Assembly: GCA_963772455.1 (NCBI GenBank)
Contig: CAVYXJ010000019.1
Span: 1 to 49,406, forward strand
Reading direction: 5' to 3'
Length of the DNA: 49,406 nt
Source: Candidatus Bathyarchaeota archaeon
GTDB taxonomy: Archaea > Thermoproteota > Bathyarchaeia > Bathyarchaeales > Bathycorpusculaceae
Part shown: piece after piece, positions 20,323-30,233 of the stretch
Numbering within the stretch: the stretch's first letter is position 1
Layout: each line of letters begins with the position of its first letter
The notes under the pieces: generated by a model
What the model saw: the letters and a program-made list of their open reading frames with translations, nothing else
What the model was told of the DNA's origin: nothing
The model's database searches: none
Translations under genes and position numbers: made by a program

Positions 20323-20442
20323 TTGCCTTTTACTTCAATGTGGAAATAAAGTTGTTGAACTTTTTCGTTTAAAAAAGAGTTGAATAATAAATTAGGGTGG
20401 TTTTGTAGTTGTTTTGTTGTTTGAATAGGCGTGTAATAAGTT

Positions 20443-20862
20443 TTAGATGAACATTGAAACGTCTGCGCCGGCGGCGATGTCAAGGAAGGTTGCGGCTCCA
20501 ACCATGTTATCTACTTCAGGAATAAGGTCTTCTCTTTTGATTCCAAACATTTCCATCGTTGGTGTACAAGCATAGATTGTGCATTTGCCAGATTGCTTCA
20601 TGCGTTTGAGCATATCGTATGGTGATGGATATTTCATGCGTTCTAGATTCTTTCGCATTGTTTCTTCAAGATGTTTGTAGTCTCCGGGCAAAACTGCTTT
20701 TTCCATAGCGCCTTTTGCTAGACTTTGCAGACCCCAGAATGTAAAGTATAGGTGTGCTTCCCAACCCATGGCTACAGATGTGGATGCTAAAATGAAAGCG
20801 CAGTAGAGTTTGTCAATTGTTCCGCTTTGAACCACTAATGCTATTTTTTTGGTTTGACTCAT
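20443..20862 (-). CDS. DsrE/DsrE2-like sulfur relay protein
   Basis: SGTIDK, LYFTFWGL, IYACTPTMEMFG and VGAATFL motifs; start reassigned to ATG 20862. Confidence 0.9.
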   Translation of the reverse strand: MSQTKKIALVVQSGTIDKLYCAFILASTSVAMGWEAHLYFTFWGLQSLAKGAMEKAVLPGDYKHLEETMRKNLERMKYPSPYDMLKRMKQSGKCTIYACTPTMEMFGIKREDLIPEVDNMVGAATFLDIAAGADVSMFI

Positions 20863-21014
20863 TTTTTTATCACCTTCTTTTCTTGTGGTGCACAATTTTG
20901 GCAGCAAAAACTGACTTTTTTTCCGTCTATTTCGGTAGTGTAATTTGCAAGTTGACAAGGTTCTTTAGTGATTTCCGTGCCGCAACAATTACATTTGGAT
21001 GTTTCTTTTTTCAT
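20859..21014 (-). CDS. Small TRASH/YHS-like metal-binding protein (51 aa, not in ORF track)
   Basis: MKKETSKCNCCGTEITKEPCQLANYTTEIDGKKVSFCCQNCAPQEKKVIKK. Its start overlaps the iscU stop (TAATG) and its stop overlaps the dsrE start (ATGA). Confidence 0.8.
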   Translation of the reverse strand: MKKETSKCNCCGTEITKEPCQLANYTTEIDGKKVSFCCQNCAPQEKKVIKK

Positions 21015-21400
21015 TATTCCACCCCTTTTTTGATTTTCTGCTTTTTTTGGTAATCTTCAATAGCTGCGTGTAGGGCATCGGCGGCTAGGTTTGAGCAGTG
21101 CATTTTTACTGGGGGTAAACCTCCAAGTGAGTCGGCTACACTTGCTCTGGAAATTTTCATGGCTTCATCGATTGTTTTTCCTTTGGCAAGTTCTGTTGTC
21201 ATGCTGCTTGTCGCGATGGCTGCTCCGCATCCGTAGGTTTTGAATTTAACGTCTTCGAGGCGGTTGTCTTTGACTTTTATGTACATAGTCATTAGGTCTC
21301 CGCAGGTGGGGTTTCCAACTGAACCCACTCCGTCGGCATTTGGGATTTCTCCCATGTTTTGAGGTTTTTTAAAATGTTGCATCACTTTTTCAGAATACAT
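21014..21400 (-). CDS. iscU: Fe-S cluster scaffold IscU/NifU-N
   Basis: GNPTCGD, FKTYGCGAAIA and LPPVKMHCS motifs. Confidence 0.97.
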   Translation of the reverse strand: MYSEKVMQHFKKPQNMGEIPNADGVGSVGNPTCGDLMTMYIKVKDNRLEDVKFKTYGCGAAIATSSMTTELAKGKTIDEAMKISRASVADSLGGLPPVKMHCSNLAADALHAAIEDYQKKQKIKKGVE

Positions 21401-21401
21401 A

Positions 21402-22589
21402 CTATTTCAACTCCTTAGGAGTTAGAGGAGACATATCTCTTAGTCTCTTAACAATATCAGGCATTAAACTTTTTACTTTATCGACGTCTTCTTGGGTGTT
21501 TTCTTTTCCTAAAGTTGCCATTAAGGAACCATGTGCATCTTCAGGTTGAAGACCTAAAGCTAGCAGAACATGTGAGGGTTGCAGAGTTTTTGCGGCGCAA
21601 GCTGATCCGGATGAAGCATAAATTCCTTCAATATCTAAGCTTAGAAGTATTGATTCGCCCTCGATGAAGCTGTACCGTACTGATACGTTGTTGGGTAACC
21701 TTTGGGTTGGATGTCCGTTTACGTATGAATAGGGTATGGGTTCGATGAGACCTTTTATTAGGTTATTTCGAAGCAAAGTTAATCTTTGACTTTCTTGGGA
21801 CATTTCTTTTTGGGCGATTTCGGCAGCTTTAGCAAACCCAACGATGCCAGGTATGTTTTCGGTTCCAGATCGTAATCCTCGTTCCTGGCCGCCCCCTTGA
21901 TTTACAGGCTCGATTGAAGTGCCGGGTTTGATGTAGAGAGCTCCTACGCCTTTTGGTCCATACATGTCGTTGCTAGAAATGGTCAGGAGGTCGATATTTT
22001 CATTTTGAACATCAATTGGGATTTGACCAGAAGCTGCTGTAGCGTCAACGTGAAGAAAAGCCTTTTTCGAGTGGACAATTTTGCTTATCTCTTTAATTGG
22101 CTCAATGGTACCTATTTCGGGGTTTGCATAAACTATTGAAACAAGAGTAGTTTGATCATCTAATTCGGTTTCTAGTTTTTGTAAATCCAAGATCCCAAAT
22201 TTGTCCACAGGTAGAAAAATTACTTGAAATCCATTTCTAATCATCAACTTACATGGGTTGACAACCGACATGTGCTCAACGCTAGAGGTTAATATTTTGA
22301 TTCCACGGCTTTTGTTACGACCAGCGATGCCTCTAATTGCTAAATTGTTGCTTTCTGTTGCGCCTGAAGTGAAAACTATGGCTTCTGGGGTCTCTGAGTT
22401 GATTAGTTTGGATACAATTTCTCGGCTATTTTGCAGTGCCTGTTTGGCTTCCTGTCCTAATTCATGTACTGAGGATGGATTTCCAAAGCTTGATTTAAAG
22501 AAAGGCAACATCTCATCAATTACACGCTGGTCAACTGGTTTTCCAGCTGAATAATCCATGTATATTCTTCTTGCATTGTCGTTTTCCAA
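21402..22589 (-). CDS. iscS: Cysteine desulfurase IscS/NifS family
   Basis: GNPSS, FTSGATESNN, GGGQERGLRSGTEN and SSGSAC. The usual SxHK PLP-lysine motif reads SSNDMYGPKG. Confidence 0.93.
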   Translation of the reverse strand: MENDNARRIYMDYSAGKPVDQRVIDEMLPFFKSSFGNPSSVHELGQEAKQALQNSREIVSKLINSETPEAIVFTSGATESNNLAIRGIAGRNKSRGIKILTSSVEHMSVVNPCKLMIRNGFQVIFLPVDKFGILDLQKLETELDDQTTLVSIVYANPEIGTIEPIKEISKIVHSKKAFLHVDATAASGQIPIDVQNENIDLLTISSNDMYGPKGVGALYIKPGTSIEPVNQGGGQERGLRSGTENIPGIVGFAKAAEIAQKEMSQESQRLTLLRNNLIKGLIEPIPYSYVNGHPTQRLPNNVSVRYSFIEGESILLSLDIEGIYASSGSACAAKTLQPSHVLLALGLQPEDAHGSLMATLGKENTQEDVDKVKSLMPDIVKRLRDMSPLTPKELK

Positions 22590-22609
22590 AATAAGGTCCC
22601 CGCGTTTGA

Positions 22610-22840
22610 CTATTTTAGTTTCTTGATTATTATTCGAGTTACGCCGTCTTCTATTTTGCTTTCTAACACTTCGTCGCCTAAGTTTTTTGCTAGGTTTTCG
22701 ATGTCAGATTTTGCTGCTGGATCATCGGCTGTGACTTCTAGAGTTTCTCCAATCTTCATTTCATCCAATTGCAATCTAGTATTGAAAACCGGTTCGGGGC
22801 AGAACAAACCTAAGCAATCTAGAGCTTTATTTGCTTTGAT
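22610..22840 (-). CDS. tusA: TusA/SirA-family sulfur carrier
   Basis: LDCLGLFCPEP and TADDPAA motifs. The frame extends upstream of TTG 22807 to ATC 22840, which lies 7 nt after GAGGT. Confidence 0.88.
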   Translation of the reverse strand: MKANKALDCLGLFCPEPVFNTRLQLDEMKIGETLEVTADDPAAKSDIENLAKNLGDEVLESKIEDGVTRIIIKKLK

Positions 22841-22988
22841 AAAAATAACCTCACTTAGATTTAGAAAAAAGTAAACAATAAAGGTTTTGCAAAAAGAACA
22901 ATAATAAGTTATGTTAGAGTTTTAGAAATTAGCTATTAAGTTTGACAAACCATTTAATGACTATTTTTATGCCTAAGTTTTTGTGTAC

Positions 22989-23090
22989 TTAGTGTGTATT
23001 GTAATATTGCTGGATTATTTTTGCAATTCGTTCTGAGTAACCAGCTTCAACTAACATCTTGGTGAATTCTTCCTCGCTCATATACTTCAT
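22989..23090 (-). CDS. Small hypothetical protein (33 aa)
   Basis: MKYMSEEEFTKMLVEAGYSERIAKIIQQYYNTH; helical, protein-like ORF in an intergenic gap. Confidence 0.4.
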   Translation of the reverse strand: MKYMSEEEFTKMLVEAGYSERIAKIIQQYYNTH

Positions 23091-23190
23091 CTTCACGTGT
23101 CTGAAGTATTTAGTTATAATAAGCTTACTTTCTTTTTAGCGAATATATCAAAAAATGAAATACAAGTTGCTTGTCTGAGGTTTGAAAGTA

Positions 23191-26100
23191 TTATTCTGTA
23201 AATAGATAGTTTGCTTTTCCTTTTATGTTGAGTTTTGGAATTGTTATGGTGAATTTTGCTCCATTGCCCGGTTCTCCATCTTCAATGATTGCCCAGCCGT
23301 AAACATCCATCATTTTTTTAGTGAGGAACAACCCGAAGCCGGTGCTACCGCCAGTGCTAAATCCTTCGTGGAAAAGCTGAGTTTTATTTGCTAATGATAC
23401 CCCTACACCGTCGTCTTCATAGATTAATTTTAGAGTGTCTTGTTTTGTTTTTTCGCAGTATACTTTTATGGTTGTGGCTTTTTTGCCATGTTTTAGAGTG
23501 TTATGGATAAAGTTGTAGAAGAGTTGTCTTAGAAATGAATCTGCTAAAACTTCTAAGCCGTGGCATTCACTTATTATTTTGGGCAAAGAGCCAGAGAATA
23601 GTGTGGTTGCTTCATTTATTTTATCTTCAACGCTTATGTAAGTTAGTTCTTCTGCGCCAAGTTGCTCATACAATTTAGCAAACTCAAAGATTTTGACTGT
23701 TTCTTTAACAGATTGCTCCATCTTGTTGAGCCCCTCGACAATATCTGGTTTGTCTGCATGTTTTTTCTTTAGTAAATATGCATATCCAGTTACCGTTGAT
23801 AGTTTGTTTCGAACATCATGTCTTGTCAAGCTGCCGACTACTCGCAATTTTTCAACCATCAACTCAATTCGTTGACTGTTTTCTTTTAGTTTTTCTTCGT
23901 TCTTTTTGCGTTCAGTAATGTCGACAAAGAATGCAACCGTTGAAACGAATTTACCGTCTTTGAAGATAGGGCAGGCATTTCCACTTACAACAATTTCTCG
24001 GCCATTCTTGGCTACGAAAACAGATTCAACATCGTGTATGGATAGACCGTTCATAACCTCTTGGAAGATATTCATACAATATTGGAGATGATCCTTTCGA
24101 ACCACATCCGTCATTGTAATTTTTTCCATATCTAAATCAGTGTACCCTAATGCTTTTTTCCATTCTTCGTTAACAAAAAGGTATTTGCCTTGAGCATCAA
24201 CTGATTGAACAAGAACGTTTGCAACATTAAGCAAAGTTCTATGTTTTTCTTCAGCCTCCTTTAAATTTTGCTCAACTCTTTTTCGTTCTGTAGTATCTTC
24301 GAATATGGCTGCAAAATAACCTTTACTTGGGCAATAAACCGTAACTTGCAGCCACATGTTTAATGGTTTGAGAAATATTTCAAAGCGTTCTGTTTTACCT
24401 GTGAGTGCAACTCTTCCATAAATTTCAAAAAGTTCAGGATTAGCCTCTCTAATTCCTGGTATTGCTTGGGTTACATTTTTTCCAAGGACTAATTCTTTTT
24501 TCAATCCTGTTATTTTTTCAAAAGCATCATTAATCTGCAGATAAACAAAATCAACTGGTTTTTCTGACTCATCAAATATCATTTTACAGTAGGCAAACCC
24601 ATCTACCATGTTAACGAAAAGAGAACTGTATTCTTCTTCGCTTTTCTTTAGTGCTTCTTCTGCTTTCTTGCGTTCTGTGATGTCTCGAACTGTAGCTTGT
24701 AGAACATCTCTATTTTTTAGAAGGATTTTGGTTAGAAGAATTTCCGCTGGGAAAGTTGATCCGTCTGTTCTTTTGTGAACCCAAAAGAAACTGTCCTTAC
24801 CAGTCGACAAGGCTTTTTTTATGTGATTATTTGCCGATTCAAGTGAAGATGAACCATCAGGCTGCAAATTAGGTGATAAATCTGCTGGGTGGTACTTTGT
24901 AAATTCTTCTACTGATTTACAGCCAAACAGTGAAAGTGTGGCAGTGTTACAGTCAAAAAAACCTTTGTCGTCTAGCAGCATTAATGCATCCATTGATGAT
25001 TCAAAGGTGATTTCGTATTTTTCTTGGCTCTCCCGTAGCTCCTCTTCTGCAGCTTTGCGTTCCGAGATATCTCTAACGGTACTTAAGATTAATTTTTGGT
25101 CGTCGAAATCGATTAATTGGGCATGTATCTCAACGGTAAAAGTGCTTTTATCTTTTCGCAAATTTACAGCTTCAAAAGTGGCTTCACCGAACTTACGTAA
25201 TTCTTTCATTTTTGATCCAAAAAATTTGGGGTCGCCAGGCATTTCTATATCTTTTATTGTTAGTGACTGGAATTGTTCTTTTGTGTAACCTCTAGTTTTG
25301 TAAGCTGACTCGTTGAAATAGATGAGTTTTCCATTTAAATCGTGAACCATAATTGAGTCTGAGGCTGCTTCAAAAAGGTTCGCTGAAACATGAACCTCCA
25401 TTTCTGCTAGCTTAAGTTTTGTAATATCCTTTGCAATGTGAACAATCTGAGCGACATCGCCTTGTTCATCTAGAATAGCTGACGTAGTTACCAAAAGAGG
25501 CATACCTAAGTTGGGATCTATGATTTCTTTTGTAACTGTCTTTTTTGTTTCAAGAGTTTCTGTAGCAGGGCAATCAGGCCAAGGACAACTGGTGCCATGA
25601 ACTATCTCGTAACAGTGTTTACCTATCAATTCTTCGGGATTTTTCTTGAACGCTTCACAAGTTGTTTTGTTAACTTCTGTGGATAACACGGTTTTTATCC
25701 ATGACGAATAAAAGATCGCCGATGCCGTTAATTATACCGTGAATTTCTTCTGTTTTTGTTTTTTCTGTTCTTTCTTGATCTTTTCGATTTGTGATTTCTC
25801 TGTCGATGTGTACCGCTTGGATAATTTTTCCTTCATTGTTTTTAATTGGATGAACCGAGACTTCGACATCGATTCTGTGATTTTCTTTATCAAAATGTTG
25901 ATGCTCAACAGTAACTGAAATTCCTGAATTCATCATTTCTTTAATTGGACAAACATCGTTTGGGGAATCGCATGGTGTTAAACTATGATGAGTTGCTTCA
26001 TGGCATGTTTTTCCAATCAATTCATTTTTACTTATCTTTATTTGTTTCAAAGCTGCGTTATTGGCGCTTATTATTTGAAAGTTGTTTGGATCAATAACTA

Positions 26101-26275
26101 AAATGGCGTCGCCTATTGAATTTATGACTTTTTCGTTAAACATTTCAGTGGAGGTAAGTTTTTCTTCAGTGTTCTTACTGTCGGTAATTTCACTGCTCAT
26201 TGTAATTGATGGGTCAGCGTTAACATCTAAAATTTGGATCGATGGATTTCTATTTGAAGTCTTCAAACTAGCCAA
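23191..26275 (-). pseudogene. Multi-PAS sensor histidine kinase split by a 1-nt frameshift (ORFs 25670-26275 and 23191-25689)
   Basis: PAS/PAC repeats (RDITERK), H-box TRHDVRNKL, N-box, DDGVG and GFGLFL. Removing one base at GG 25681-25682 gives a continuous DKNRVI-TEVNKTTC. Confidence 0.85.
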
Positions 26276-26367
26276 ACACTGTGTCCCCAGGGTAGTTACT
26301 CCTCATGGGTGACGTTTGCTTTTTAATCATTATGAATTCAAAATAACCAAAAGAGGTTTCACTTAAC

Positions 26368-26946
26368 TCAAGAACTTTTTTGAGTTGACATTTCTGTTGA
26401 TGTTTCTTGATTAGGTAAAGGTAGGTTTGTTGTGTCAATGATGAAATCGATTGTTTGGTAGGCAATTGGAGCACTGCTAAATCTGCTTTCTTCTGTTTGA
26501 ACTGCAATTCTAAGTCTGTGTGGACCTTCAGAGAAGTTCAGAGTTATGTTCCCTTTGAAAGATATCCAACCGTTGTCGTGCAATAAGTGTTGTATATCCC
26601 CATATTCACTTGCGTCTATGCTGTAATAAGACCATAGAACTTTTGAATTGATGTTATAGGTTAAGTCTATTGAGTTTGTTGAGTAGTTTGTGTTTGTTGG
26701 GGAAATAACGATAAGAGTTGAGGGTTTAGGAATGATTGTTACTGTTGGGTTTGTGGGTGTTGGTTTTAGAGTTGGTTGCGGAGTAGCTGAGGGATTACTT
26801 GTAGGTTGAATTGTTGGAGGTTGTGTAACATTTGATTCTTTGGTTGGTATCTGTGAGTTGTTTGTTGAGTAGTAATTGTTTGAGATTAAAGCTATCAATG
26901 TTGCAGCAACTATCAATATTGCGAAGATGATTAATGAATTCTTCAT
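26368..26946 (-). CDS. Membrane-anchored protein with PT linker and Ig-like domain
   Basis: N-terminal TM helix, PTQPT linker, ISPTNTNYS...FSEGPHRL. Confidence 0.7.
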   Translation of the reverse strand: MKNSLIIFAILIVAATLIALISNNYYSTNNSQIPTKESNVTQPPTIQPTSNPSATPQPTLKPTPTNPTVTIIPKPSTLIVISPTNTNYSTNSIDLTYNINSKVLWSYYSIDASEYGDIQHLLHDNGWISFKGNITLNFSEGPHRLRIAVQTEESRFSSAPIAYQTIDFIIDTTNLPLPNQETSTEMSTQKSS

Positions 26947-27097
26947 TGCTACCACAGAATACCTATTTGATATGTTACTCATAACTCTCCTCAAGGAACA
27001 ACCTGTTCTTCGAAAAGAACAACTAAAATTTCTTGACTATGTTACTATGGGGTAGATTAAGTTCTAAGTCATATTTTGCCGTAAAGGAAATTTTGTT

Positions 27098-27331
27098 TTA
27101 TTCACTAATTGCCTTTACTATTTTTCTTATGAGCGGAGTAATAGCTAGACTTGTTGGTAGTGCAACTGCAAAACCTATCAACCACGCACCAGCGAATCTT
27201 TGAATAAATACTGAAGTCCAACCAACGAATACAGAGGTCATAGTGAAACTCATTGCAGTATCCAAAACAAGCACCATAAACAAAGCTGTTATGAAAAAAG
27301 AGTATTTTGCTTTTATTTTCAATGTTAACAT
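27098..27331 (-). CDS. Small two-TM protein, DUF2798-like
   Basis: MSFTMT..GW...F..AWLIGFAVALPT...P..RKIV pattern. Confidence 0.75.
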   Translation of the reverse strand: MLTLKIKAKYSFFITALFMVLVLDTAMSFTMTSVFVGWTSVFIQRFAGAWLIGFAVALPTSLAITPLIRKIVKAISE

Positions 27332-27419
27332 CCAACCGAATAAAAATTCATGTACCCAAAATATAATCGTTTTGTAAATATTAGAAAGGTAATGACCTAT
27401 CGAGCCACGACACAAGATT

Positions 27420-27803
27420 TTATAAGCCTTTGATAGATTCGTTTATTTTCCTAAGTTCTTCTTTTTCCTCTGCTTCCAACTCTTCCTTTCGCTTTATTTC
27501 CGCGCGTTCCTTGTTTTTCTGGGTGATACAAGCGACGTTAGCTTGTTCCAAGTAAGCATCCATCAATTTAATGTCGTTTTTGAGTTCACCAATTGTTGAT
27601 TCAAAATCAAGCGTGTTATCTGACGCAAATCGAGCATTTGATGGGTGCGTTTTGTTATGTTGACAATCGAGAGGGTTTCTAAAATACTGTAACCAATTAA
27701 CATTAGGAGTCGAACTTAAGTGAATTCGGACCCATAAATCATTACCTTTCTTGCTTACTACCTCTGCTGGACCAATCCTTCGAATATTTGAAGACTCAGA
27801 CAT
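27420..27803 (-). CDS. Hypothetical protein with C-terminal coiled coil
   Basis: 127-aa ORF; charged helical tail. Confidence 0.6.
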   Translation of the reverse strand: MSESSNIRRIGPAEVVSKKGNDLWVRIHLSSTPNVNWLQYFRNPLDCQHNKTHPSNARFASDNTLDFESTIGELKNDIKLMDAYLEQANVACITQKNKERAEIKRKEELEAEEKEELRKINESIKGL

Positions 27804-28022
27804 TGCGTGTCATCATTTGAGAATAAACAGTGTACATAATAATAGTTTTTACGTATTAAGAATCGATGCAAAGACCAACTCATTTATAAAAAGTAAAATC
27901 GCTGAACTCATGAATTTGTTTTTTCTTGTGAATCTTTGTAGCAACTGTTCTAGGTGCAGTTGGGCAGATAGAGCATCAACAAAATCTAATATATTCCTCT
28001 CTATATCCACTGATTGTAAAAT

Positions 28023-29162
28023 ATGAAAAAGATAATTCCCATCATAGCAATTTTGCTTCTTAGCTTACTTATAGCATCTTTTGTTGGATCTGTTCAAGGT
28101 TGGAGTAACGGCGGCTATTCTGCTGACCCTTCTAACCCAGATTATGGAACACATGATTGGATTGCTCAACATGCCTTAGATTGGTTGCCAACCCAAGAAA
28201 AACAGTATATAGTTGATAATTTGGCGGCTTATCTTTATGGAACGGAGCTTCCAGACAATAACAATGCTGCTGTTGTTGGTCATATTGGTGATACGGTAAA
28301 ACATCATGTGTATTTTTGGGCTAATGGTTCTTTGCAGGATGATGTTGCTGCTGATAGAGCAGCTGAAGAATATCAAGTTGCATTAAATCTTTTAATGACG
28401 GGGAATTTTTCGGGTGCTGCGTTAACTGCGGGAATAATGAGCCACTACATTGCAGATGTGGCTGTTTTCGCTCATGTAATGGGAGCAAATACTGATTGGG
28501 GAGCTGAAACAGGAAATAACCACCCTAATTATGAAAGTTATGTTGACACCCGAACAAACGATTATTCAGACGTATACAATTCATATTTATTATTTGATGG
28601 CGCTCTGTCGACAACCTCAGCTTATGATGCTGGCAAAAACCTTGCTTTTGACACTACATTCGATGGGGGTGGAACCTACAATTGTATTTGGATGAATAAC
28701 AACTATGACACTTCCAATCCTAATTCACCTTACTGGATTCGTGCTGGAGAATCTCTTAATCTTGCAGTAAACGCTGTAACAGACACACTACATACGCTCT
28801 TCATAAGTTCTAACATTCAACCCTCACCCACTCCAACAGATACACCTACACCTACCCCAACACCCACACCATCTCCAACTCCAACACCTACGCCTTCACC
28901 TACTCCAACCCCCACACCCACCCCAGCACCTACGCAAACTCCAGCGCCAACAACTCCCCCAAGCCATCCCCCATCAACCACCCCTGCAGCAACAATAGAA
29001 CCCACGCAGAAACCCGCGGCAACCCCAAATTCGTCCCAGACCCCTACATCACCAACAATTCCAGAAGTACCGTACATCGCAATTGCAGTAGCTTTAGTTT
29101 TTGGAATAGCAACAGTAGTTGCATTAGTTTTTAAAAGGCAGCTCATGAGAGAACTAATCTAA
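28023..29162 (+). CDS. Secreted zinc-dependent phospholipase C/P1-nuclease-family protein with PEF-CTERM-like anchor
   Basis: Mature N-terminal Trp (WSNGG), THDWIA, PD, HH, HYIAD, H...H..YE metal ligands; PT stalk; IPEV followed by a TM helix. Confidence 0.85.
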   Translation: MKKIIPIIAILLLSLLIASFVGSVQGWSNGGYSADPSNPDYGTHDWIAQHALDWLPTQEKQYIVDNLAAYLYGTELPDNNNAAVVGHIGDTVKHHVYFWANGSLQDDVAADRAAEEYQVALNLLMTGNFSGAALTAGIMSHYIADVAVFAHVMGANTDWGAETGNNHPNYESYVDTRTNDYSDVYNSYLLFDGALSTTSAYDAGKNLAFDTTFDGGGTYNCIWMNNNYDTSNPNSPYWIRAGESLNLAVNAVTDTLHTLFISSNIQPSPTPTDTPTPTPTPTPSPTPTPTPSPTPTPTPTPAPTQTPAPTTPPSHPPSTTPAATIEPTQKPAATPNSSQTPTSPTIPEVPYIAIAVALVFGIATVVALVFKRQLMRELI

Positions 29163-29256
29163 TAAAAATTAGGTTTCTTCTCTTTTTGAGTTAAAACATT
29201 AGCTCTTAGTCCACAATACATATAGTTGACATTATATATTTTATTAACTGACCTGT

Positions 29257-29706
29257 ATGTCTGAGAAAACAGTTTCAATCCTTCGAGCAATAGGGAATCC
29301 GAACAAAGCAAAGATAATCGCACATCTGGCAAAACATAAAGGCGAGACAGCGGAAGGTATTGGAAAACATTTAGGCTACCCTCTACCAACCGTTTACAAG
29401 TACCTGCGAGAACTTGAAGCTGCAAGTGCAGTTGAGAGTGAAGCTAAGGGTAACAAAAGAGTATATTTTGCTGGAAATTTCAAGCTTGAAGTTTCACCGG
29501 AGAAATTAATGGAGGCTTTCGAGGAAGTAACAGTGACGAACCTCTACAAAAGTCGATTTGGGGATGTTGGAATAGAGAAATTTAATAAAGTTGCAGCCAA
29601 AGCGAGGGCTGGAAAGATGACTTTTAGGCAAGCCGCCTCCACACTGGGCATAACCTACTTTGAGTTTGTCTCTCTTCTAGATGAAGCTGGCGCCCTCGAT
29701 GCCTAA
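29257..29706 (+). CDS. ArsR-type HTH fused to UPF0175-like domain; probable antitoxin
   Basis: LRAIGNPNKAKII..PTVYKYLRELE wHTH; C-terminal GKMTFRQAASTLGITYFEF; overlaps the PIN gene. Confidence 0.75.
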   Translation: MSEKTVSILRAIGNPNKAKIIAHLAKHKGETAEGIGKHLGYPLPTVYKYLRELEAASAVESEAKGNKRVYFAGNFKLEVSPEKLMEAFEEVTVTNLYKSRFGDVGIEKFNKVAAKARAGKMTFRQAASTLGITYFEFVSLLDEAGALDA

Positions 29707-30193
29707 TTATCTTACAGTAGACTCATCAATTCTCATATTTTATGATAGAAAAGGGAAACTAGAGAACTTCTTGCAGGCGAAAAAGAAGCAAAACTATAAA
29801 GTCGTAATTCCCAAAGCGATAGTGCAAGAAGTCATTGATGAACCAAAAGAATTTGCAGAAAAAATCAGAGAAACATCTCCCGAGTTGGCGAACAGAATAC
29901 TCGATTCTGTTGCAAGAATTAAAACTGCTATTGAGCAGGGTCTTATTCAAGTGGAAACTGTGAATTATAGAAAATATTCAGAAGTGATGGATAACGTGAG
30001 AAAGCACTTGAGTAAGCTGGAGTCGACGCCAGAAGATGTGATAAAGAAAGGCGACCCAGAACTTATAGCACTAGTTATCCAACTCTATGATGAAGGCAAG
30101 GAAAAGGTCTTTGTTGCATCTTTGGATAAAGGATTGCTAAGGGCACTCAAGCCTTTTAGCAACGAAGTTGAATACGAAGTCACGAGTGTGTAG
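29699..30193 (+). CDS. PIN-domain protein (VapC-like toxin)
   Basis: LTVDSSILI, IPKAIVQEV, GDPELIAL and SLDKGL acidic PIN motifs. Confidence 0.8.
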   Translation: MPNYLTVDSSILIFYDRKGKLENFLQAKKKQNYKVVIPKAIVQEVIDEPKEFAEKIRETSPELANRILDSVARIKTAIEQGLIQVETVNYRKYSEVMDNVRKHLSKLESTPEDVIKKGDPELIALVIQLYDEGKEKVFVASLDKGLLRALKPFSNEVEYEVTSV

Positions 30194-30233
30194 TTTTTTA
30201 TAGTTTAGCCATGTTTTGGTTTGGTTGGGAAGA

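Noticed and set aside
20863-20958. N-terminal extension of the DsrE-like ORF
   Set aside because: This stretch is occupied by the TRASH-like ORF in another frame; the DsrE start at 20862 has its own AGGTGA SD.
27726-27733. TCGGACCC match to the tRNA end as a second att site
   Set aside because: Only 8 bp, inside a coding region, and expected by chance.
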